Assembly (NCBI GenBank): GCA_964016885.1
Contig: OZ024754.1
Coordinates: 26,970,001 to 27,034,000 of the forward strand
Direction: 5' to 3'
Source of the DNA: Eledone cirrhosa
Taxonomy: Eukaryota
DNA: 64,000 bases
Shown here: one piece after another, positions 30,578 to 43,345 of the stretch
Layout: every line of letters starts with the position of its first letter
Numbering within the stretch: the first letter of the stretch is position 1
Translations under genes and position numbers: made by a program
The notes under the pieces: generated by a model
Seen by the model: only the letters and a program-made list of their open reading frames with translations
What the model was told of the DNA's origin: nothing
Database searches by the model: none

Positions 30578-31321
30578 TCATCCATACAATAACTATATAT
30601 ATCCTCCAAAATATGCTGAAGAAGTTCTACTTTTCGTTTTGATTACTTTATGACGCTGGCGTCAAGATATCTAAAAATATTGGTTTCTGATTTAGGCAAT
30701 TTTGGGGGAGGAAGAGGGGAAAGTCGATTAAATCGACCCATGTGTTTTGCTGGTACTTTATTTTATAGACACCTTAAGGATAAAAGGCAAAACTAACCTC
30801 CAGAAATTTTGGAATGCAAAGTTGATCCGACGTGATTTAAACACACACAGAAGAAAGCCAGTACAATCACAGCATGGTCTTTAATCTGACGCTCTCCCGA
30901 CTCACAATATTCACCTAGTCTATCTATATTTCTTTCCTACACAAACAGAGAAAAAATAACTTTTCTTGCGAGAACTAATCGATATTGGAAGGAGCAGAAA
31001 TTAGTCCATCATTTAGAGAGCTATACAGATGAAATTGATTGATGGGGTTATTAGTAACATTCTTCAATGTTTAAACATTTCTCTTGAGTTTAAATATTTG
31101 ACAGAAGCATATGTTATTCTCAGGAAGATAGAATTCGCACAGTGATTTCTTTATCTTTGGTCGAACGTCAGATCAGACTAAGGAAACAATGTATCTACTG
31201 TCCTTTTTTTGTTACACTGCTGATCGCAACTCCTGAAACAAGGACCTAGGATTTGAACTCAGATTAGATAACCAATGACTTATGAGGGAAATTAGGAGGA
31301 CGGAAACTATGAGGAGGATCG

Positions 31322-31359
<38 letters not shown>

Positions 31360-31396
31360 ACACACGCACACATATATATATATAATCACCAGGAAA

Positions 31397-31446
31397 GCTT
31401 TCCTGATGGTTTCTTTTGAACGAAACAGTTCTAGTCCTGTAGAAGC
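31397..31446 (+). ncRNA. Type I HHR-like motif in an insertion of about 80 bp (related copies about 28075-28122 and 29405-29452)
   Basis: GCTTTC-CTGATGG-TTTC..GAAC-GAAA-CAG..CTG-TA-GAAGC. Confidence 0.6.
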
Positions 31447-31493
31447 CATTTTTATATTAAAGATGATATATATATATATATATATATACATAC

Positions 31494-31668
<175 letters not shown>

Positions 31669-31793
31669 CTTATATATATATACTTAAGGTAAACATTGAT
31701 GCAATTCAATTTATGCACTCAAGGAGTGACGGAGTATATATCGAATAAGAAAAAACTAAGTAGTTTCAGATGTTAAAGTCCTTTAATGATAAT

Positions 31794-31867
31794 GCTGTGA
31801 TACATATTTCAATGACGACACTGGCCACACGGTTCTGTGCGCCAGTGCCGTGGCATCATCAGACAGC
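31794..31867 (-). ncRNA. Type I hammerhead ribozyme with long stem II
   Basis: Minus strand GCTGT-CTGATGA-[..ACGGCACTGGC..GCCAGTGTCGT..]-GAAA-TATGTA-TC-ACAGC. Confidence 0.75.
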
Positions 31868-32831
31868 TTGTTACATAATAAGGTTATGTTTCTGAGTCAA
31901 TCCAAATTGAATCGATATGGGAACGGACAAAGCGTGTGCTCTTGGGTTCTTCGCCCGTTCCCTTGTGAGTCCCAATCCACCCCCACCGGTCTGCGCAGGC
32001 GCAGGTCCGAAGGAAGTTTACCATCAACTACCGCAGAGTTCTACGAAACTCGCCTAGGCAGGACCCCCCCCCTCACCCAAACAATGACCCCATCCAGCCT
32101 GTAATATGACACAGTTATAGTTTACTGCTAGCCGGCCGAAAGCCAGTGGGGGTGGGAGAGTATGAGTATCAATAGGTCTCAATACTACCTCTAAATTAAG
32201 CATGGACAGTAGAATTGACCATGGCCCGCTACTTATTTCTAGGTATTATGGTTTCACAGTGAAGATTAGGAATGAGAGTTGGAAATTAAAACTAAAAATT
32301 AAAAATCAAAAGTAAAAAATTTAAAAATTAAAAAATTAAAAATATTTTAAAAAATTAAGAAAATTACAAGATAGAATCTAGATTGAAGTAAGTAAAGAAA
32401 TATATGTACATATAATCGCTAATAAATAGGGAGATGTTTAAATTATATTAAGAAGTTTTGAAAGGGGGATCAATATTAGAGATATATTATCCATATATTG
32501 AACGATAGTACCGTACAGTAGAACGGAGGGTAAATTAACAGCATGGAACGTAGTAATTAGGCGAATACATAGTTAATATCTCTATCAGATGGAACAAAAC
32601 AAAATACAAAATATGAAATACGCTAAAAATACAAAAAATACATAAAATACATAGATGTAAAATGAGATACATATGTAAAATGAGATATGAGATATATATG
32701 AGAAACATATACGAGCATAGAAATGAGGGTATACGTGGTTAACGTGATTGTCAATTTATCCATATAAAGATTTGTTATCTGGTGAAGTGAGGGGGCTTAT
32801 ATATATGTATATATATATATATATATATATA

Positions 32832-33392
32832 GTTATAGGATTAGTGGTCTGAAATAGCGATGTATACATGAATGTATGTAGAGTATATTTAGCAATATAC
32901 TGTATGTTTAATTAAAAACATTTCGAAGACCATACGCTATCGGTTTTAAAGTAGTGACTATGTCACTTCTTTTCGGCGAAAGAAGGGAGAGAAGCTAACA
33001 GTATATTTTACACTGTTGGCGATCATCAGAGCCACGCACTCCCTGCCTTCGCCGAAAATTATTGCCAAATATATTATACATACATCGCTATTTCAGAACA
33101 CCAATCCTAACACCTAATTTTTGCTGGACCAGCAATCGCTCTGTATAATCAGCTCCTGATTATTACTGGAATTCTATAAGAATTCAGCTTCTATAATTTT
33201 AGGCGAAGGCAGGGAGTGCGTGGCTCTGATGATTGCCAACAGCGTGAAACAGACTGTTAGCTTCTCTCCCTTCTTTCGCTGAAAAGAAGTAAGTGACATA
33301 GTCACTACCTTAAAACCGATAGCGTATGGTCTTCAAAATGTTTTTAATTAAACATACGGTATATTGCCAAATATACTATACATAGATTCATA
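32832..33392. repeat. Fold-back pLTR remnant
   Basis: About 32868-33062 is inverted to about 33193-33390, and 32832-32865 to 33080-33110. Confidence 0.8.
33222..33262 (+). ncRNA. Minimal type I HHR
   Basis: GGCT-CTGATGA-TTGC..GCGT-GAAA-CAGACTG-TT-AGCT. Confidence 0.6.
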
Positions 33393-33398
33393 TATATA

Positions 33399-33773
33399 CG
33401 GACCAAGAAACTCACTCAGATGGTGGATGGGTGCTATACGAGAATGCTGAGGATGGCTCTGGACATTAATCAGTATACACTGAGGATGAAAAACTCAGAG
33501 CTGTATGGGAGCCTCCCAAAAGTCAGCTCAAAAGTGACACAGAGGAGACTGAGGTTAGCTGGACATGCTCACCGACATCCAGAGTTGACACTGCACTCAG
33601 TGCTCCTGTGGGAGCCCCTGCATGGACACACTGGAAGAGGAAGACCAAGGTTAACGTATGTTGATGCCCTAAGGACAGACACTGGTCTGTTGAAGACGCA
33701 GGACATGGCAGCGATAATGAGGGACAGAGACCGCTGGAGAGAACTCGTCCTTGGATCTCGGGAATTTTACCCG

Positions 33774-33778
<5 letters not shown>
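33399..33778 (+). mobile_element. RTE-clade LINE 3' fragment
   Basis: ORF 33420-33821 is near-identical to 21750-22148, with the same 3' end at (TA)n. Confidence 0.8.
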
Positions 33779-33802
<24 letters not shown>

Positions 33803-33809
<7 letters not shown>

Positions 33810-34157
33810 AAAAAGAGATGAAATCGAAAATGCAACTGGAGTCTTATTTAAAAAAAAAAAATATATATTTATTTGGTTCCTTTACCAGTTTCGCAGTTCT
33901 TCTGCTTTTCAAAAGGTGAGTTGAGATGGAGGGTCTGTGGTTTTTCTCACAGATGTGAGAAAAACCACAGACCCTCCATCTCAACTCACCTTTTGAAAAG
34001 CAGAAGAACTGCGAAACCGGTAAAGGAACCAAATAAATATATATATTTAAAAAAAAAATAAGACTCCAGTTGCATTTTCGATTTCATCTCTTTTTCTTTA
34101 TACTTTCACTCGTGTAGGACACCTCGGTTATTTTTCATTTTGTAAAAAAAACCTCAC

Positions 34158-34165
<8 letters not shown>
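33803..34165. repeat. Palindrome of about 300 bp (33803-34102) plus unpaired tail; pLTR fold-back
   Basis: Symmetric around tctcacagatgtgaga (about 33952). (TA)n on both sides. Confidence 0.9.
33989..34026 (+). ncRNA. Variant-core minimal HHR (mirror copy about 33879-33916, minus strand)
   Basis: CCTT-TTGAAAA-GCAG..CTGC-GAAA-CCGG-TA-AAGG. Confidence 0.65.
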
Positions 34166-34202
<37 letters not shown>

Positions 34203-34449
34203 TATATATATATCTATATCCGATGCGCAAGTGTGGAGAGTATTTACATGTCTGATAAAAATAAAAATAGAATCACTCAAGAATAGGACAGACACTGATT
34301 TGGAATGGAAACTAATTAGCTCGGCAGTTCAGAGTTTCTTAGGGAATCGTCTAATCTTTATCAATTATCTTGGATTCATTCTTTAAAGAACTACCAATGA
34401 GAAACTGTTTATAGAAATAGTAAGTTTAGTACATTTAGCGCCCACACAC

Positions 34450-35392
34450 ACAATCATTGTCACCATCGTCATCTTCATTATTACAATTATCTTTATAACC
34501 AACCCTATCACCATCACCCTTGTCATCATTATCATCATCATCAGCAGCACCAGCACCATCACCACTACCACCACCATCACCACTACCATCACCACCACCA
34601 TCACCACTACTACCACCATCACCACTACCACCACCATCACCACCACCACAACCACCGTCACCACTACCTCCACCATCAGTACCACCACCACCACCACCAC
34701 CACCATCATCCCTAACTCCACCATCACCACCATCACCACCATCACCACTACCACCACTACCACCACTACCACCACTACCACCACCACCACCACCATCGCC
34801 ACCACCAACAACAACAATAACACGAAACTATCTAATTATCACCACAACTACCAGTCGCTACTACCTCCACCATCACCATCATCATCACCACCACCATCAT
34901 CACCACCACCACCATCACCACTACCACCACTACCACCACCACTAACACCACCACTACCACCACCACCACCACTACCACCACCACCACCACTACCACCACC
35001 ACCATCACCATCGCCACCACCACCAACAACAACAATAACACGAAACTATCTCGTCATCACCACAACTACCAGTCGCTACTACCATCTACACCGCAACCCC
35101 TCTACTACCACCACCACCACCACACCACAATAACGGTGATGTTCTTTCATCACCAATACCACCACCACCACCACCACCACCACCATCACTACTACCTCCA
35201 CCACCACCACCACCACCACCACCACCATCACTACTACCACCACCACCACCACCACACCACAATAACGGTGATGTTCTTTCATCACCAGTACCACCACCAC
35301 CACCACCACCACCACCACCATCACTACTACCACCATCACCACCACACCACAATAACGGTGATGTTCTTTCATCACCAGTACCACCACAAGCC
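34450..35392. repeat. (CAC/CAT/TAC)n degenerate microsatellite with higher-order units
   Basis: caataacggtgatgttctttcatcacc occurs three times; aataacacgaaactatct..accagtcgctactacc occurs twice. Confidence 0.9.
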
Positions 35393-35806
35393 CACATTTT
35401 CTTCCATTGTTACTGTTCTTCACAATATGAATTATTCAGAAGGTGAAACTTAATTTTAGCGATCGCAAAAATTGTTCCCTGTTTTTATTTTATTTTCTTA
35501 TTATATTATTCTTTTATTTTTTACCTTGGATTTTATTTTATTTTTCTTTCCAAAGAAGATAGGAACAATTGAAATGTCATAACAATGATTTGTTGCCTGA
35601 AAAGTAAATTTGGTTTGTGAAAATAGAAACGAAAATAGACTGTTATAGGTGGTGCAGGTAGAGAGTGAGGAACAGGGAAAGGTGAGAAAAAGATCAATTC
35701 GTACTGTATATGACTGATATGACTGATAAATTCACACACTGAGTTGTTTAATATATATATATATATAGACACGCATATATAAATATATATATGCGTATAT
35801 ATATGT

Positions 35807-35842
<36 letters not shown>

Positions 35843-35846
<4 letters not shown>

Positions 35847-36560
35847 CGTTTCTGAATTTGTTTAGCAAGATTCTTTATCTGAAATCGTGTGTTGAAACCG
35901 ATATTGTTATACTTTGGGAGGGTCATGTTGCCAATAAGAAACACACGCACCAGTTGCTTTCACTTCAATTTATTATATATTTATAAATTTACAAATTTAC
36001 AAATTTCTGGTTGGTTGGTTGGTTCCACAACCAGATAGTTGTTTATATATAGTCATAGTCCTTTCGTCACACACTCTGTGACCTCTTCAGTGACTGGGGA
36101 TTCCTTTCTTCGTTTCTGTGCCTTTCCTTTCTTCTATCCTACGCCATTTTGTTTCTGTGTGTGTGTTGTGTGCTCAGTTTGCGCATGCGCCACATCCGGG
36201 TGTCTGTGTGTGTTTGTGTTCATTTATCTATTTGTTTATTTATTTATTTATTTATTGTTGGTTGGTTGTTTGTTCTATGTGTGTGTGTGCTTTCATTTTG
36301 TCCTGTGTGTGTTTTCATTTTGTGTGTGTGTTCATTTTGTCCTTAATTGTAAGTTGTTTCTTCTATGTGTGTGTGTGTGTTTTCATTTTGTCCTTAATTG
36401 TAAGTTGTGATGTTGCTGTTCCACTCATATTTTCTATTTAATTTTGGTTTTAATTCTTTTATGCTTACTGCCTCTGTAATTTGCCTAAACATTGCGTCTT
36501 TTCTGTGTGTGGATTCTATTTTTATTTCTATGCTCTCTAATCTACCCCTGTGTTCTATCT
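35843..36560 (-). mobile_element. 5'-truncated PLE (family of 7381-12657): GIY-YIG end plus pLTR plus tail
   Basis: Colinear with 11370-11995. Encodes IEIKIESTHRKDAMFRQITEA..LNRKYEWN. Confidence 0.9.
36051..36095 (-). ncRNA. Minimal type I hammerhead ribozyme
   Basis: Minus strand AGTCA-CTGAAGA-G-GTCAC..GTGAC-GAAA-GGAC-TA-TGACT. Confidence 0.75.
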
Positions 36561-36567
36561 GTGTTCT

Positions 36568-38192
36568 AAGTAGTTTTAGATTGATGTGTGATATTGGGAA
36601 AAATATTTTATTTAGAGAGGTGGTGGGTGGAAAGTATGAAAAAGGGGAGGAGATGAGAGTGAAGGTGGAGAGGGAGAGATGGGTGATAGAGATAAAGAGA
36701 TAGTTTTTATAACTGAGAGAAGATATATTGCCTTTGAGAAAAGATTCTAAATTGATAATATTCAATTCTTTATCAATTTAGAATCTTTTCTCAAAGGCAC
36801 ATATACATACACCTCTTTAAATTATACCCATCTTCCTACCTTACTTCAAAGGGCATTATACACTCTATAATACTTGTTTACTCATTACCCTCATTCTATC
36901 TTCACCTTGTAAAATCCTTCATAACATATACATTTGTTTTTTTGACGTTAGAATATTCATCCGCAATTATTATTTTTTTCTCTCCATCATCAAACTTTTT
37001 AATCTCAATACATTAACTCCCTCTCCTTCTTTTGACGCTTGAATATTCATCCTTAATTTATTATTATTTTTTTTCTCCCCATCAACTAACTCATTCTTAA
37101 TACATATTAACTCTTTCTTCGCACATATTATCAATTCCTTCAATATACAAACCTTAACTTCACATTATTTTTCTCAAATCATCTAATACACAAACCTTAA
37201 TAATTTTTTTAATACATATTAACTCTTTCTTCGCACATATTATCAATTCCTTCAATATACAAACTTTAACTTCACATTATTTTTCTCAAATCCTTCAACA
37301 CACAAACCTTAATAATTTTTTCTCTTCATTAATTCTGAAATTGCCATAATACTTATAAACACACCTTTTTGACGTTAGAATATTCATCCGCAATTATTAT
37401 TTTTTCTCTCTATCTTCAAACTTTTTAATCTCAATACATATCAACTCCCTCTCTTTCCTCGTACATATTTTTTCCCTTCGTTAATTTTCAAATTCTTTTA
37501 ATTTATACATTATCTTCCAACGGTTCTCAACCTCTCTATGTAAAACAATATATCTTTTCTCAGTTATAAAAACTATCTCTTTCTCTCTATCACCCATCTC
37601 TCCCTCTCCACCTTCACTCTCATCTCCTCCCCTTTTTTCATCCTTTCCACCCCCCCTCTCTAAATAAAATATTTTTTTTCCTCGTACATATTTTTCCCTT
37701 CGTTAATTTTCAAATTCTTTTAATTTATACATTATCTTCCAACGGTTCTCAACCTCTCTATGTAAAACAATATATCTTTTCTCAGTTATAAAAACTATCT
37801 CTTTCTCTCTATCACCCACCTCTCCCTCTCCACCTTCACTCTCATCTCCTCCCCTTTTTTCATACTTTCCACCCCCCCTCTCTAAATAAAATATTTTTCC
37901 CAATATCACACATCAATCTAAAACTACTTTTCATATGTTGATTTAAAACTGCACTATCCACAAGTGTTTTTTAGCCTTCATATCATGTTCTCCTGTTTTA
38001 TCTGATGAAAACACAAATATTATTGCATGATGATGTTTGTTTTTGAAATGCGCATAATAAAATACATGGAACTCCTTTAACCATCTTTTGATCTTATATA
38101 TTATGTATACTCCAGTCCTACAAACTGTAGAGTGCTTCTTATCCGATATCTGCATTGCTTTATTGTACTACAATAAAACTCACCTCCAACAT
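36568..38192 (+). mobile_element. PLE 3' region with inverted 5' segment and internal tandem duplications
   Basis: 36568-36730 is inverted to about 37766-37930. Hairpin at 36729-36799. Direct duplications near 37098-37320 and 37455-37897. HHR near the 3' end, then (TA)n. Confidence 0.65.
37996..38062 (+). ncRNA. Type I hammerhead ribozyme (3' half also at about 19210-19235)
   Basis: TTTTAT-CTGATGA-AAAC..GTTTTT-GAAA-TGCGCA-TA-ATAAAA, with palindromic stem III. Confidence 0.75.
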
Positions 38193-38224
<32 letters not shown>

Positions 38225-38489
38225 CATAGATGTTTCTCATAATATTTAAATTTACAATAGATTTGGTTTCGAGAAAGTTTAATCATCTCGATGTCAGTAA
38301 CATTTTCACAGTTTGAAGACGAACTAAGTAATATATATGTTGGTATTTAAGGGACGAAGCTTGTCGAATAAAACGGGCATAGCCTCAGTCGTTTCATCAC
38401 TCACATAATGACCAATTAAGTCCGTATTATTAAAATTCGAACCCTGCAGCCCAGAGGGCGCGGATATGTTAATCAGTGAGGAAGACGAC

Positions 38490-38561
<72 letters not shown>

Positions 38562-39269
38562 AAAAAGTATGACCCCGACGGCAGAGCTCAAGCCGTTTCG
38601 ACGGCTATTTCTGGACATTTCCTTTGTTTTATATATAGAGAGAGATAGATAGATTTCTTTATTACCCACAGGGGCACAAAAGAAGGGGACAAATACAAAG
38701 GGGGAAGTTTACATACAATAAAAATATATATAGAGAGATAGATAGATAGATATAGATATATAGCACAGAATGACACAGTGAATGACAGTAACTTATGCCA
38801 TGATTTGAACTCGGAACCCAAAGATAAGTTGTAATAAACGAAACAATTCTAATAGTATTTTAACTAAGACACAAGGCCAGCAATTTTGTGATGGTGTGCG
38901 GATGTCGATTTAACCGTTTCATGACCGCGTTTCTAATGAAATACAGTCTATTTCAATTAATTAATGAAGAATTTTGAAGGATTTACTAAATGTATTAATT
39001 ATGTCATTACTGAGATAGTAACTCAATGTAAGGTTCTTATATAAAATTATGTCGGAAGATTTTAATGTTAATTGGAAACCGCTAAAACTCAATAGTCGAG
39101 AACACTCAGTTAAACTACCCTCGGTGACTGAAAAACGTGGAAAGTGGTACCTGCGTGGAATCGAAACCCGGATCTCTCGCAAGAGCTTTAACTGTTACGC
39201 TAAAAAGCCAGTGAACAACAATCCCACCCCAATAGAAGATTTTAAGCTAGAAGTTTAAACAAAACAGTT

Positions 39270-39465
39270 GGCCAACAATGATTTGGGGGAAGGGAGGCGG
39301 AAAGTCGATTAAATCGACCCTAATACGTCACTGGCACTTTATTTTATCGACCACTTAAGGCAAAGCTAATATCGGCGGGATTTGAACCAATAACGTAAAG
39401 AGACGTAACTGTATGTTACAAAGAATTTTGGCCGACGCACTACCTGTGCTGCTAATCCACCGCTC
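39270..39465 (-). mobile_element. Degenerate SINE
   Basis: tttattttatcgacc..ggcaaag..cggcgggatttgaac, as in the SINE family at 5783-5961. Confidence 0.6.
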
Positions 39466-39832
39466 TTGCGGTTGACCACAGGAATAGAAAGAAATATTGA
39501 CAATGGAAGGTTTGTCAATTTTCCCTTATAGTTTATTGTTTAGACAATAAGTTTGTCTCATAGTTTGTCAAGTTACACTTATAACTTTATGTATACATAT
39601 ATGTATACATATAATACAATATCCACAACTACAACACAACACGTTTCTAAAATATCTTTATAAAGACACCCTCTCTATTTCTACTCAACATTAATGGTTT
39701 CCAGTGAGCTGTTACAGGTTGCGTCTATTGTGTCAGCGACCAATTTAACTTCCTCTAAATAGAATCAATACAAGAACAAGACAAACACGATACTTTCTGG
39801 TGTTCTACATTTCAACAATGAACACAGTAACA

Positions 39833-39918
<86 letters not shown>

Positions 39919-39920
39919 GT

Positions 39921-39964
<44 letters not shown>

Positions 39965-40235
39965 ACATATATATATATGTGTGTGTGTAAGGGAGAGAGA
40001 GATAGAGATAGACAGATAGATTGATATATATATATATATATATATATAATAGAGAGAGAGAGAGAGAGAGCAAGCGGGATGAAACACGAAATGAAGGGAC
40101 ACATATGTGAAATCATTTCCGATAAAGAAATAATTTATTTAGAAAAGAAAGTTTGTAGAAAATGAAAGCATATTTACATGGAGAGGAAGGCGGAGGAAAG
40201 CTGTCCATTGCATAAAAATGACAGTATAGTATGTA

Positions 40236-41163
40236 CTAGCAGAATGGCCCGGCGTTACTCGGGTTTCTAATGGCATGTTTATCCTTCCTTTCTGAAACAG
40301 TACAGAGAAGTACGGAATAGATCAGCCTGGGGATGGTGTCTATATTTTATGCTTATAAAAATGTGGTGTCTATATTTTATGGTGTCTATATTTTATGGTG
40401 TCTATATTTTATGGTGTCTATATTTTATGGTGTCTATATTTTATGCTTATAAAAATAATTCGTCGTAGATTACCAGGGGTTTAAGTTAATTGGGTGTCTG
40501 AGAGTTAAATGTTCAACCCACGAAAGCCAAGACGATAGGGTTAAGTAAAAAGGCATTCGACAAACCGAACATGTATTTGTTGTGCTATAGTACAATGAAA
40601 GCAATAGTTACAGAGCAGTAAGCATTTGGGACTACAGTGGTGGAGAGCATGAAGTAATTTAGTTGGATACTTTTAAGGTTACAGGCTCTAACGCAACCAA
40701 AATGCTAAACAATGCGGTCACCGGGCAAAAATTTGAAATCTTTTTCAGTCAAGAAAATTTGTGAAACATAAGTAATGCATATGCAAAGTTTAAAACAAAT
40801 CGGTTGGGTACTTCTTGAGTTACAAGCCCTAACGCAACCAAAATGCTTAAAAAAATCGGTTTTTCGCCTAATGCGGTCCCGGGGGAAAAAAATGAGAAAA
40901 TCGTTTTTGTTCAAAACACTTTAAACGACATAAGTAATGCAAATTTTGAAGAAATCGCCTGGATTATAATTCCATTATGCCTCAAAAAAGCCTTTAAAGC
41001 CTAAAATATGCGGTTTTTCGCCTAATGCGGTCCCTAGGGCATTGAACATTTGAAATATTTTTTGTATTACATGTGTAAAGTTTCAAAAAAAATCGGTTGG
41101 GTTTTTCTCGAGTTTTAGGGAGTCAGACAGATAGACAGACATTCTCTGTTTTAGATATATAGA
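40236..41163 (-). mobile_element. Non-autonomous Helitron
   Basis: Minus strand begins A|TCTATATATCTAAAA and ends with hairpin CCCGAGTAACGCCGGG then CTAG|T. No TSD. Internal ggtgtctatattttat tandem array at 40335-40445. Confidence 0.75.
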
Positions 41164-41344
41164 TAGTACATAATGCATCACACACACACACAGACATGTG
41201 TGTGTGTGCGTCCAACGCTTTCTCTACTTGCCCGCATAAAAACCTTCAATCGTTTAAATATTATAAAGCCAACAATGTCAATTAAGAACCTTTACAGCAC
41301 TTTACGTGATACTGAATCTTTATTAATGTTTATATAGATTATTA

Positions 41345-41520
41345 AGGTGATAGAGTGGACACCAAGGTAGTAGAGAAGAAGGCAGCCAAAGAGCGGATGG
41401 CGCGATGATCTGACCCGATACCTCGGCCCCAAATCACCCAATAAGGGATAGGATGCCGTGGAGGTCAATTAGGAAAAGGTCTCTCAAAAAGGAATGAGAA
41501 GGCCCTAGATTTTGGATTTT
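41345..41520 (+). mobile_element. Degenerate RTE-like LINE 3' fragment
   Basis: Translates VIEWTPR**RRRQPKSGWRDDL, resembling the RTE C-terminal W.P..RGRP..RW.DD motif. Confidence 0.45.
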
Positions 41521-42837
41521 GGACCTCGAAACAAATTGAGAAATAATTGTTTAGTATCCCATCGCAACAATCTATTCTTGTGAATCTATTCAGATCGATA
41601 TTGTATCGGCTCGTGATCAATAGAATAATTAGCGAAGATTTTATTGGGACGAAATTAACACACTCTACAATTCACTTGGTTTTAAACAATGATTTTACAT
41701 TTTGTGAACGTGACTTTACAAACTAAAATTCCTTTCATCAATATTTGAAATACTATTATATTATTTTGATAATGACTATCAAATACAGGCACAAACACAA
41801 TTACACAAACGCATACACACACAGGCACACACACACAAACACACAAACACACACATAAACACCACAAACACAGACACACTACACCAAATATACACACATA
41901 GACATATACACCAACACCACACACATACACACCCACGCACACACCCACACACGCACACACCCACACACGCACAAACAAACAACTGTACGCTCAGTTACCC
42001 AAGCGTACGCACGCACGCACGTGTACGCACGTGTATCTAAGCGTGTGTGACGAATTTCTAGAGTCATTACAACGTCAGATAGAACGGTATTCGTTCCTGC
42101 ACTGTGCAGATATCGATAGATATATTACTGGTTCTATACTGGAGACTAACCATCTTCTATATCTCATAGTCAATGCACCACTTATACTCTCTCTCTCTCC
42201 ACCCCTCTCTCTCCTTTAGAATAGTCATGGGCACACTGCGGCCTGTTTGGCTTTCTGAATGGCACGCCTAATTTCAAAATTGCCTTGAATTATTTTGCAG
42301 TGCCGCCCACCTTGGAACACTCTTCAAATCCCCCTCTCTATAACAATTAACAGCAAACTCTCCCTCTCTCTATATCTACTACACAGCTAATTTCCATCAA
42401 TCCTCTCCCTCTATTCATTACCACCATACAACATAATCTCCCAATCTCCCTCTCTATATCATTTAACACCAAATTTTTACCCTTTCTATATCTACTACAC
42501 GGTACTCTCTTCAATTTGCCCTCACTATATCAATTAACCTCAAACTCTCCCCCTCCCTATATCTACTACATGGAACTCTCTTTCAATCCCACTCTCTATA
42601 TCAATTAACACCAAACTCTCTCCCTCTCTATATCTATATATATCTCTCCCATCTGTCTCTACATAACGTGTACATACATTGTAGCGCATATACAAATATA
42701 TGTGTTTCGGTAGGTTGAGGAGAAATATATAATTATAGGAGTGGGGTGGCATACCCCCTCCCTAGCTCTCCCAGTTCCACTGCCCCTGTATATATATATA
42801 GCGAGGGAATAATATATAAATTGCTTTTGTATGTGAC

Positions 42838-43330
42838 AATCGTCAGGTTCATAGCCATGGTAAAAGAGGTCGTATGTTGGACACGTCTGAAAGGTTTGAA
42901 GACGGGCACTTTCCTCTTCGGTGACGCCCTCATTAACTTTTTCAGGTTTCACCTGAAAAGGAAACTCAGGGTGGAGAGGAAAGCCTTCCAGCCAGTTTGT
43001 TGGAAGGTGGGTGAGAGAGGCCTGTGTGAATGGACCTACCTTGAGCGTGTGCCTGTATTATCGTAGGAGGAAAACTGGAAGAGGGCGCTTGCCCTAGTAG
43101 TCAGGGTGGCCGTGGTTTTCTGTGGGCTTTCTCCACGAGTGACCTTCGGAAGTCTCCCCCTATTAGGGAATTTTTCCTTGTTTCATTTTTTTTGTTACAT
43201 TCTTTGTTTTTGTTTTTTTATTTATATCATTCTTTTACACGCAGAAATGCCCATTTGTACCGTCCTGTACTATCATGTGCTGACCTTCATGTTATACTTT
43301 ATGTCGAGCCTTGTGGTTAATATAGAAAGC
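42838..43330 (+). mobile_element. 5'-truncated copy of the L1/Tx1-type LINE
   Basis: Similar to 57150-57625 (AMVKEVVCWTRLKGLKT..LFGDALINFF) plus 3' UTR. Followed by (att)n. Confidence 0.85.
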
Positions 43331-43345
43331 ATTATTATTATTATT

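Noticed and set aside
31850-32240. RNase P/MRP or telomerase RNA
   Set aside because: I saw no P4 consensus and no TTAGGG template. The adjacent HHR points to a PLE 3' region.
34383-35453. Poly-Val, poly-His, poly-Pro and poly-Gly ORFs; CRISPR-like repeat/spacer appearance
   Set aside because: This is a trinucleotide microsatellite open in several frames. The context is eukaryotic, there are no cas genes, and the 'spacers' are low complexity.
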